The notes beneath the pieces were generated by a model, which made no database searches, had not been told where the DNA came from, and saw only the letters and a program-made list of their open reading frames with translations. DNA of 62,869 bases, filler included, from Sphacelaria rigidula (taxonomy: Eukaryota), in assembly GCA_964200075.2 (NCBI GenBank). It is 9 parts of 9 records of this genome, joined end to end, with 100 filler letters (N's around TTAATTAATTAA, not from the genome) between each part and the next. Parts side by side here need not be neighbours in the genome. Positions count along the whole stretch, not along the records: positions 6,998 to 13,894 come from CAXNAA020017527.1; positions 13,995 to 20,891 come from CAXNAA020017528.1; positions 20,992 to 27,888 come from CAXNAA020017529.1; 6 more parts are not named here. One strand, given 5' to 3'. A program made the position numbers and the translations under genes. Of the stretch, positions 13,250 through 23,745 are shown one piece after another. How positions within the stretch are numbered: position 1 is the stretch's first letter; each line of letters begins with the position of its first letter.

Positions 13250-13810
13250 ATTAACATATGCCCCCGGCGCCTTCCTCGCTCCACTCGCCTCGTGATATCC
13301 GCAGCCACCAGCTCTCCTTGCCGGTAGTGCGCCCGCATGAACGACAGATGTCCAGGCAGATTTTCGACAGCCATGTAGATCGCAGCTATAGTACTGGCAT
13401 GTGCGCCGACCCCAGTAACAGCCATCGTGGGCCAAAAATCGCAGTTTGTCCCAAGGAATCGCAGCAGCCTTCAGCGCAAGGGCCATGGCATGCTTGTATA
13501 GCATCGACTCTGTCATGCAGTCATGCAGAATCCGTGGGCAGTGACTGAACCGATGACAGCCACAGGCGCCCCGTGCATTTCAACACCTGCGCTAAATGGA
13601 AGTCGTGCATTGCTTTGAATCCCCCACCTAGAACTGGCTTTGTATTACAGTATTCACGAGGTTCTCTGCCAACATATAAAGCCTCCCCAGCTGCTTATCC
13701 CTGCTCCCTGATCCTCTTCCGCAGTGCCATCTCCCGTCGCGTCAATCCATGCACTGTTGCGTTGGCGCGGGACATCGCCGACTCCCCTTCAACTGCTCCC
13801 CTGTTCTAGT
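13250..13810 (-). pseudogene. Possible degenerate SWIM-finger (MULE-like transposase C-terminal) remnant
   Basis: A minus frame reads GACGCHRFSHCPRILHDCMTESMLYKHAMALAL, resembling CxC-xn-CxH with a C>Y change. It is flanked by stops and frameshifts. Confidence 0.25.
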
Positions 13811-14219
13811 TGTGCCGCACCTCCATCAGAACCCTCCGCGGTGCCCCCCAATCCCCTTCCCCCCACCCCCTCCCTCCCTCTCCTGGCTTCCCCCNNNNNN
13901 NNNNNNNNNNNNNNNNNNNNNNNNNNNNNNNNNNNNNNTTAATTAATTAANNNNNNNNNNNNNNNNNNNNNNNNNNNNNNNNNNNNNNNNNNNNTTTGGG
14001 TTGCTTCTAGCCACAGTCGGCCATATGGGGCGCTCCATGCAGCCTGAACCCCAACATTGGGCGCCGTATGGCCATTTTTTTTTGGGGGGGGGGGGGGGCT
14101 ATCGTAGAAAGTGTCGGATGGACGATTCAGGGCTTGCCGATCGAGCTTCGGACCAGTATTCTGCAAGCCATTTACCAGCCCAGTCTCGTTATTGATGCTT
14201 TGATATTTTGTTAAGAGAC

Positions 14220-14944
14220 TCGCTAGGGTAATGATGGACTTCTTTTTTTGTGTATCGAATACTATGTTTTCACGATAGCGTCCTCCTCAGTTCATGAAGA
14301 AACGAAGGCCTAGTTTGTTTTGTGTTCAGTATGCTCTTGCGGTTTTCCATACTACGTTGCAAATCCCGATTCTACAACGTTAGCTGAAACTGAGGAAAGA
14401 ATAAAAAACAATGGACGTTCTTCACAAAAAGTCCAAACTCGTGAAAACATCAAGGTCCTGGGCATTGTTCTTTCGTATGCTCTTGCGATACTCCATACCA
14501 AGTTTCATAGCACAATCGAGACGCGGGATCCAGACTTGGTCATTTCAGTACCTACTTACGCTTGCAATATATTGAGTTTCGTAGGGAATCTTATGTGCGC
14601 CATATTTCTAGATAGATAATGAAGTAGGCGAAGGTGAGGACATCGATCGTTTCGCCATGATCCAGGAAGCGTTCACAACAAAAACCATCATTGTCCACTG
14701 AACATATCGTTCGGGATTCTATATAGACTGGAGTATAAACTATTGTCTCCATACGGTCTAGGAATCACTCGACGAGGCAGTGAACGAGAAAAACTGTCCC
14801 AATCTGGCTTTTTAGAAGATGGGCATCTAGTCTACCCCTTGATTGAGCGATTTATCAGACGCGCGGATCACGGCCCAATTCGTCCTCGTCGATGATATAT
14901 ACCTGCGAGAGGTCAAATTTCGTTTCAAGGCTGGCCCAGCTCGT
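14220..14944. mobile_element. Right part of an ACGAGCTGGGCC-family TIR element
   Basis: Colinear similarity to ~36560-37260 (for example CTTGCGATACTCCATACCAA and GGATC.CGGCCCAATTCGTC). Ends in GGCTGGCCCAGCTCGT. Confidence 0.65.
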
Positions 14945-16077
14945 AACGTAGCGGAAGAGGGCACAAAACAAGGATGCGGGGTCAAAGGCAGTTCACTGTA
15001 CGTACGTTTCGATATCGAAGGCCAGCAGTAACTTGTCTCGGTATGCATAGGGTGCGCAATGTGCGAGACATCACCCCGGCGACTTCTCCTGGGTACTTAC
15101 TGTACGGTAGCTGATCCAGGCTCCGCCACAAATTTTCAAACTCAAAATGCAATGGCGGAATCGCCACCCTTGTGCCCATTCCAGGGTGAAGTATGTGCAG
15201 GCAACCAAATAGATTACGTGTACACACAAGACACGACATGAAGGACAAGAAACGGAAAACACGCACTTGGGCCATCCTCTTCAACAGCAACATTAGTACA
15301 GTAGCTCTATACAGTACTGTGGGAGTAACCGACCCAGAACAAGCTATGTCCCCCGGCAGCGGCACTCTACTGTAAACATCATGAAAACTACGCACACCAC
15401 CTCGCAACGAGTAGTCGGCTGTCACGGGTTACAATAAACAATGAACTACGCATGCCTGAAGGTGTCCCACTCTCCAAATGAAGAGACACGAACAGTATGG
15501 TACAAATAGATGGGGGGGAAAGTCACCAAAACAATATGCAACATCTTGACCTGGTGCACACGGCACAGAGCCACTAAAGAGTCGCCAGAGTCCTGACATG
15601 TCCATTTCGGGCCATAACTAGCTGCCCCCCACAATGACACAGAGCCAACACGTTCCTACAATGCGCCAATTGATGCTACGTGACCGCCGGAACCCTTTCG
15701 AGCGGGTCCCCGTTTTGCAGGTCGCCTCTTGGTACTCGATGTTGTTCCTCGAACAATAACAAAAACAAACCGTGATAACTCGCACACGTCGAGTCGTCCC
15801 AAACGACTACAGAATAGAGCATGAAGTATGTATCCTGGACTTATCCCTTGAGCGAACACCTCTCGTGCCCACGTGGTGAATCCTCCAAATATATGGAAAT
15901 CGTGGAAGCAGTGCTAGGAAATTGCATGGAAAGTTGAACCGAAACCAACGTTGTCGCCGCAACACTGATTATGGATATTTTGTTTGGGAGTCCTCTTCAT
16001 TGGTCTCTCCCTCCGCGTCCTTCCTTGTGAGATCTCCGTCCCCTCCGGAGCTACACTACTTATCGATATGTCTTGTT

Positions 16078-19000
16078 CTACACCCACTGGAAGGTTTTGC
16101 ACTGCTGCTCCTGGGAACGGGCGCATGTGTAGAACTGCCGACCTACATTTGGACCCTGACGGAAAGGCGGCAGGGGGGTTTTGGATCGAAAACGAAAAAA
16201 TAATCAAGGCATGGCATTTTCTACAACAGCAAAGTATGCTTTGCTGTCTGTCGCAATTCCGTGAGTCGAATATCGGCGCTAGCGACTGCTCCATTAGTGC
16301 CAGGCCAGCAGGAGCGACAATGACCGTTGATCTGTTCACTAAGCCGCAGAGAAAGTGTATCGAAATCTTGAAAGTACTGTTCGCTTCCTGAACTTTTTTT
16401 GTTTTTGTTTGACATTTTCCCCATTTATTTCTGCACACAGGCGTTTTTTCCTCACACGAACCCTTTCCTGGGGTCACCAACCCCTCGCCTCCTTACTAAG
16501 CTCAAAGCAGGGGGCGGGCGGGAGGAGGTGTATTCATGATTATGAAGCAGAACGATAATAAGTACACCCCCTCTCGTCTAAGGCAAGCAACAAATGAGTA
16601 CGCCCCGAGGTTGCGGATCAATGTCAGGAAAAATTGTCCGCCTTAACAGATCCATTTTTGGACTTAAACAGAGCGCCAGACAATTCTACAAACTGTTAGT
16701 GTCGAGACTTGTGAAAATTGGTTTCGAACAGTGCTTGTCGGATCCATGCATATTGCGATTGCTAGTGGATGGTAAATTGGTAGGAGCAGTCGTTTTGCAT
16801 GTAGATGATATCATTTTCGGCGGGGCAAGTAGTGTGGGTAAGATAGTGGTGGAAGCACTAAATGACACACTGCCAACTAAGCATTTGGGCGATCTCACAT
16901 TCGAGGGGTTGCTTGCAGCAGAGACTCAGCATGATCAATTGTGGAAGGAAGGAATTTGAAATGTGGACAGTGAGGTTTGCGAGGGGTAAGAGGCCCCGGA
17001 GATCCCTGATGTGTCATGCCGGGATGGACCACGCAGCATATCTTTTGTTCAGGAAGCGAACAGTTTACCCATTGGACCAGTGAGCGCTCACTGGTTCAAT
17101 GGGTAAACTGTTCGCTTCCTGAACAAGTACCGATGTCAACAATTACTACAGCACACGTGTTTACAAATAACATGCCCGTTCGGGGTTCACTGACTCCAAC
17201 AGTTAGCCATAGCCCAGCATTTGACATAATTAGAGTGAGCGTAGTGCGTATGTCCCCTCTGACCAAACCCATGATCAAGGCCAAAACATTTGCAAGATCA
17301 AAAACTGCTTTCGAGTGATGCCTCTGACCAGCCCCCAAATGGTCAAGAAGAAAACGGCCATGAAGCGGATGATCGCTGGTTTCAGACTTCATGAAGCTCT
17401 CCTCATATGGGCGACACTGACGGAAACGATCTCCAGCGTGGGAGTTCCCAGCTGCTCGTTATGCTCAGCTTTTGTCGTTTTGGCTCACATGTAGACCTCG
17501 TCTCTTCAAATCCTGGAGGGAGACTATCGCGGCATCATCATGTTACCGCGCTCAGCCTCACTGTTTTCAAAAATGAAACAAGTGTATCATGACCGGCATG
17601 TCACTCCCTCTTGTGCAGCTGAGAATGCCCAGCTGTGGAAGGACAGAGATCAATATCTCTCCCTAATTCGTCACATATCACTGTGCAGTCACCACGAAAA
17701 ACGAGATGAACTTGCCTTCCCCCCGGAACAACGATTCATTCTTTTTCGCAGGTTTGCTGCTCACCTTTTTTCGAACAGTTCGCAGGGCGCAGATTTCTCG
17801 ATGACCCTCGCAAACGGGCATATCATCTCTCGCTCCGCCTTTTTTCATCCCCGATCCCGCACCCACACCTTTGACCGTACTCCGTCCTGCCCACGACGTG
17901 CTGCTGTCCTCGTCTGCCCACGTGAAGGTCGAGCATCGTTCCCTGTCAGGCCGGGCGCAGGTGTAAAACTGTCGGCCCTTGTTCGCCCCCTGTATGCCAA
18001 TAGAAAACGCCAAGGAACACAACGTTTCCCCAGGGTGCGGTAGCGAGCTTGGAGATGATGGAATAAAAAATCAGAAATTCCTGCCGGATTTTAGAACGGA
18101 ATTATATTTGTTTCTCACGAGCGGCTTGACGGTCTTGCTTGTGGAAATGGATATCGTAGGTCACGGAGTACATTGCCTTGAACGACAAGCAACGTCACCT
18201 CCGCTTTCGCCCATATCACAAGACACCGTACTGTTATGTGAACGTTTTAGCCGAAAGAACTTCGACGAGATGCATGTGTGTACCGCTATCCTGCGAAGAC
18301 CTTCGGAAAAGAATCAGCACCCACCTGCGCCCATCACCCGCTCGCACATAAAACGTAACCGCCAACTGATGCCCCTGAGTCGGACATCGTCAATGTACGG
18401 CCGAAACCCTTATCCCTTATACCGAAAAAGTTAGCTTAAACGTTTGTTCACGGCAGTCTCTCTCACCTCCTTTCGCACTGTCCGGAACGCGCAAGGCTCT
18501 TTGTGCCCCGCACACACTCTACCGTCCCCTTTCTCCTGCCCCCCACCGTTGGATAAACCAGTACTACCCAAGTTGCTTCTACCCGAAGCCTGATCAGACT
18601 CATCCACCCAAATGAAGGTTTTGCACTGATCTGCCCGCGGGTTCGCGCAGCAGTAGAATTGTCGCCCCTTGTTGGCACCCTATTCTACCAAAATAAGGAT
18701 GAGAAGGAGACAGGGAAACGTGCGAATCCGTGTATCAGTGTATCCGTAGCTCATACACAAACGAATGTGGCGGCGAGCAGGCATTCAGGCGAGTCCAAGC
18801 CAAACGATGCGCGAACTGTATGAAGCAAGGTACTGGACCAGTATCGTTTGGAAGCCTCGAATTATCGTGCAACCTACATCTGGGAGGTGGATATCGCATC
18901 TGGGATATAGATATTCAAGATGGATGCGTATGTACGATATCACATCTCCGATGGATATCCATCTGGCGTATCCCAGATGTCCACATCACAGATGGGTACT

Positions 19001-20013
19001 GGCATCCCAGATGGACGTCCAAATCCCAGATGGACATTGCACGCTGACGGAAGACCGTGTATCGCCATGAAAATGCTACAGATGTAGCGAAACACGACAT
19101 GGGTGTTAGACCAAACACCATCGTCCGTAGATTAGCACCGCGGTTGTTTTCGTTTTTCAACATACACAAGAGCAGAATCAGTAGGCACCAGTCGGACCAC
19201 ATACGAAGCAAAGCTCACCTCCTTCTGGACGGTGCGCAATGCGCAAACCCTCTTGTGTCCTTGGCAAAGGGGGCCACTGTCGTCGCCGTTACCGCCTCTG
19301 CTGTTGCCTCCTACGGCACCTCGACTTGGGTCATCATCTTGCTGTGCCCCACTTCCGGTGGTGCCGACACTCCGATCCGTGCCTGCAGTACCCCCCATGC
19401 CCGTCTCTCCACCACGGGTACAACCGTCATCCATGCGCAGCTGTGCTGTGTACGCCGAGATTGCCTGACGAACTATCTTCTCCGTTTTTTCTTCCTGTTC
19501 CTGCAATATCGTGCGAAGCAGCATCTGTTCCGTTTTTTCTTGCCTTTGCATGGCAGCCGTCACCGCTGTGGACACGCCGGTTTCCACCACCGCCGACAAA
19601 CGGGCCTCCATCTCGGCCGGAAGGTCGTCCATTTTCTGTGCGATCGACGGCAACATCGCCAGCCCGAGATCTTCGCACATAGCCTCAAGGATCGCCTCCT
19701 TCTGCTGGAGGGCTTTAGCCAGATCCGATGATTTACTCAGCCACCTAGCCTTGTCCATAATCTTCGCGGGTTGCTTTGCCTTCTCCAGGAGGGGAGGCAG
19801 TGTGTCCAAAAACGCTTGAAGCTCCACGAGATTTTTCTGAAAGTTGGTATCGCCGTTGAAGGTTCTGGCTGCGTTCTCGAGCGTGCCGAGTAGGTTGTGG
19901 ATACGTAATTCCAAGCGCGTGGCCTCACTTTGGCATTGTTTTGCCTCCTTGCACCGCTGGATGAGTTCATCGGCGACGGTGAAAATGGCGATGATAACTG
20001 TCGTCAAGTCCAT
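16078..20013 (-). CDS. MLKL-like four-helix-bundle N-terminal domain plus three GRF-type zinc fingers (~436 aa; exons 20013-19219, 18679-18467, 17989-17765, 16155-16078)
   Basis: All introns are GT-AG and phase 0, the frame is open, and TAG is at 16080-16078. The N-terminus IFTVADELIQRCKEAKQCQSEATRLELRIHNLLGTLE matches the MLKL N-terminal pattern. Fingers are CQGHKRVCALRTVQKE|GANKGRQFYCCANPRADQCKTFIW, CAGHKEPCAFRTVRKE|GANKGRQFYTCARPDRERCSTFTW and CEGHREICALRTVRKK|GPNVGRQFYTCARSQEQQCKTFQWV*. Confidence 0.85.
16594..16900 (+). mobile_element. Ty1/copia reverse transcriptase fragment (intronic)
   Basis: RLNRSIFGLKQSARQF...GFEQCLSDPC...LHVDDII...KHLGDL matches the copia RT motifs LxKxLYGLKQxxRxW and YVDD. 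Confidence 0.85.
17045..17126. repeat. 82-bp near-perfect palindrome
   Basis: TTGTTCAGGAAGCGAACAGTTTACCCATTGGACCAGTGAGC|GCTCACTGGTTCAATGGGTAAACTGTTCGCTTCCTGAACAA, with one mismatch and no spacer. Confidence 0.95.
18875..19040. repeat. ATCCCAGATGG/CATCTGGGA-rich dispersed repeat (longer copy at ~51730-52045)
   Basis: Multiple direct and inverted copies of (AT)CCCAGATG(G) inside introns of two unrelated genes on different contigs. Confidence 0.65.
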
Positions 20014-23000
20014 GACGCAAGACTGTTGCCGAGAGAAGGACAAGATGTAGCGAGGGTCGAATGGTAGGTCACGATGGTCAACAGACTGTACGTCGTAGCA
20101 TGTGCTAAAGAGCAGACACCCCGAGTCCCTGAATCAAATCCGCGGTATTTCAGGCCTGGTTGCTTGAGAGAGAAAAGAGTCGCCCGACGACCAAAAAGAT
20201 CTCCACGCAATTTTTGCGCGATTAATCGTGCCTGGGCTTACTACCTGGGTTGCAACGCTGAAATCAAAGCCTCAGGATTGATTTGTACCGTACGAATCAA
20301 TCAAACTAGAATCAAGTAATTTTCAGACGAATCAGGAATTCGTCAAACCCTTGGATGTATCGAAACATGAAAATCGAGCATGTACCGGAACCGAAGCAAC
20401 TAAACTGTGGTTCAAGGACGAGATTATGAGCACTATCGCACGCATGCTCACGGTGTCAAAATGCAGCATTGTGCTACCGTATGGTGCGGGAGAGCTCGTT
20501 ATGGAAGGGCGGCGAATCGGAACTAGTTGCCGATACTGTACAAGTAGCACGAGCTGGGCCAGCCTTAAACAGACCCTAGGTGTGGTAAAAGATTTCCCGG
20601 CGCAGTTTTGAGAGTTATGCGTTGAAATTTCCCGGCTCAATATTGAGAATTTACTAGGAGTATCCCTTCTGCACGTTTAAGCCTTTTTTCACGAGTAAAG
20701 TAATGGCCCGTCGGGGGAAAATCTCGGACACGGATCCCCCCTCCCCCCTCCCCCCATGAGGCCGTGTATAAGCCGTGGCTGTCGCTGAAAGTGGCGATAC
20801 CACAGAATAAAGCAACTCATTTTAGGCTGAGATCCAAATGCAAGATATTCAGTACGCTTCGGGTCGAACAATCTTAGCAGGATGCAGCTCANNNNNNNNN
20901 NNNNNNNNNNNNNNNNNNNNNNNNNNNNNNNNNNNTTAATTAATTAANNNNNNNNNNNNNNNNNNNNNNNNNNNNNNNNNNNNNNNNNNNNAAAGATGAG
21001 ACTTTGTCAAAAAAAAAAAAAGAGTGATATCAGCGCCGCACCCGCTCCAGGCTTACTACACAACCTGCGCGTAGGGGGCTATGAGCGAGTCCTTTGCGCG
21101 ATGCATTTAGGTAAAGTAAAGCGTCGTGCCGCCCACGCATTTCGATCCGATGCTCTTACAAGTTCAGAGTCAGAATCTTCAGCTAGTCTGGATTGAGCAG
21201 GAAACGCGGAGTTGATGGCGGAAGGCATAAGTCTCTACACGTTGTATCCGTTAACTGCAAGCTGCACGCACGAGAGTTGACGCGTGATACAGCTGGCAGG
21301 AGCGATGTAGCGCTTTATGCACCCATCACGTTGTACACTTTTTTGTTACACGTACAGCCGCTCGGGTTAGATGCAGTACGCCCCACATGATTATTGTCCG
21401 TTAATGCACGACACTGGCCCAAGCGGGTCAGTATTACCGCGAACGTCATCAGATTTTAGTGGCAGCGATGGGGCGAAAAACGGAAGCAATCAGGGGGGTA
21501 TTCACAACGAGCAGCTGCTGATGAGAGCTGTTGAGTCGGAGTAATGAACGCCGAGTTGTGCGTTACACACCAAGCCGATGCTTCTGTTACAACCTTCCGT
21601 TTGTTTTACCGGAAATAAAAACCATGCCGCACCTCGCTTCATGCTTGGAGTGACACGAAGGCTACTCTGAGCAAGAGCCGGATCCAGTGGGTTGTTTTGT
21701 TCAGACAGGTACCTCATGAGGGTGCTTGGATCTTATGCAGCTGCACCTATTTCCAAACTCCACCCCACCCAACAACGGCGGCGCGCTGGATGATAGCCGC
21801 ACGATACAGCTTCTAGGAGCAACGTTGTGCTTACTTTTAGCCGTCGTGTTATGATTTAGTGAGATACCTGTGAATCTGCAATAGAGCTCGAACGAATCAG
21901 GAATCAGGGGAAAAGCTGAAACAAAAATGAGGGTATTGTCCAGGTATGGATAAGTTATTCCGAAATGAGGGGTGGTGATATCAAACTGATCATGTCTGCA
22001 GACTACACTGATTATCACAACTACGGTACAGCGGTACAACAAATGCCGTAACGCATCCAGCAGGCAGTCAGGTTTTGGTGACGCTACATCAACCGTTCAC
22101 CACCTCCATCCATGCTTGAAGGGCCGTGCTTCAAGAAAACCTGGTACAAATGAGGTAGATAAGGTGGCGCTTAAAATTAATGATGCGCGGAAGGTCGAAA
22201 CGTTTCGGCTATCAACACCCTAAACCTATCACGACCTACCTTAGCGAGCCTCTATCAAATTATGAATTGCGCCTGCCAACAGACTGGGCGGACAATTGTC
22301 ATTAACAGGAAGATTGCGAAGTTTTAATAGACGAAACACGGCAACCCCGGTCAGGGGGGGCAGGTCAGGGGGGGCAGGTCAGTGATCCGAGAGGTTTACT
22401 GGTATGTAAAACAGATGTAAACCCCTCGCAGTTCCCCCTGCTGGACAGTCCGAGAGCTGGGAAGATCTGCTCCGATACCAAATGAAAAACAGACCCAACC
22501 GTGTAGTTTAGTTATGTTCACAACTTTTAGAAAAGACCCAGCAACGATCATCGGTTATAATCTGCCATATATATGAGGGTTGAGAGGTAAAGGTTTCCAT
22601 TCCACAACGATCGACAGCCGAACGTGAAGCTCCTGTCGCGCGTCCCATGGGTAGCGCAATTAGCCTGCTGACGCACGTTGTACTAGAGAGTAGCGATTCG
22701 AACAGTATCTACTAGAAGGTGTACACATTTTCGAGTACCAGCTCCACATCATTGAAAGGAAATAACACGGGGGATCACGAGTGATCCACCACCAGTCACC
22801 AATAATCCAAGAAACGTTCGGGAGTGCCCAATAATTCAAGGAACGGGACCATTTACCCATGTTACCCTGGCTGGGGCGAACAACTCAATACTGTCACGAT
22901 TAGGCAGCGACGGAAAGTGCTGCGAGACCAGATGCCTGCACGAGGCCACCAGACGGACACTACACCATCTCCCGTTGTCCCTCTACTCTGCGTCTATCGA

Positions 23001-23745
23001 CAATCCAATTTCAATGCGGTTTGGTTGTCCGTGCACGCTATGGCTACCATCCGACAAGGCTGCATTCGTCTGGACAGGGCTTCTGGCCTTGACGGTCTAC
23101 GGGTTCCACACCTTATTTTGCCGAAATATATCGAACATAGACCAACCACGTGGTTGGCCGGTGCTGAGCAACGTAAAAATAGAAAAAAATAAAATAAATT
23201 GGGGAATGCGCGGGAGTCCGGAGTATGCGCGCGTTATACAATAGGCTCACCCTCGAACATGCAGGGAATCACTACACACAGGGAGGTGAAGGAGAACGAA
23301 GACCCAAGATAACAAGACCGTGTCTAGCCGAACAGGTTATAGGAGCCATATTTTCCCCGCGTGCCCTCGCAGGTTATCAGGAGGCCGGGAATTGGGAATT
23401 ATTCCCTAAAGGGAAATTCGAGCCGAATGCTCACACGAACCTGTCATGTGATCAAATTTGCTGCCATATTCTCCTGTTTCCCTGTTCCACCCCTGTTCGT
23501 CTTCCCTCGGTGATATCCACGCTCATATTACGAGGAAAAACTGATGCTGTCAGTTTACCCCATCGTGCCTTCCCACCGTTGATGAGTCGCGAACCCAACC
23601 ACATTTCGCCATGACCGTTCAAGCAGGAGTAGGGTACTGCGTCAATTATAGTGAAATTCGCTTGACCGGTTATGATACCCATGGCATATACGTGCAGGTT
23701 ATCGCTCCAAGTACGGCATAACCACCGCGAAAACCCGGCGAAATA

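Noticed and set aside
15050-15860. Possible minus-strand exons downstream of the MLKL-GRF stop
   Set aside because: Only isolated splice-like signals, with no recognisable protein and no consistent model.
19057-19819. Plus-strand ORFs of up to 224 aa
   Set aside because: They are antisense shadows of exon 1 of the MLKL-GRF gene.
14929-20564. MLKL-GRF gene carried inside a transposon bounded by ACGAGCTGGGCC ends
   Set aside because: 14944 is a right end and 20549 is a left end, so the gene lies between two elements, not inside one.
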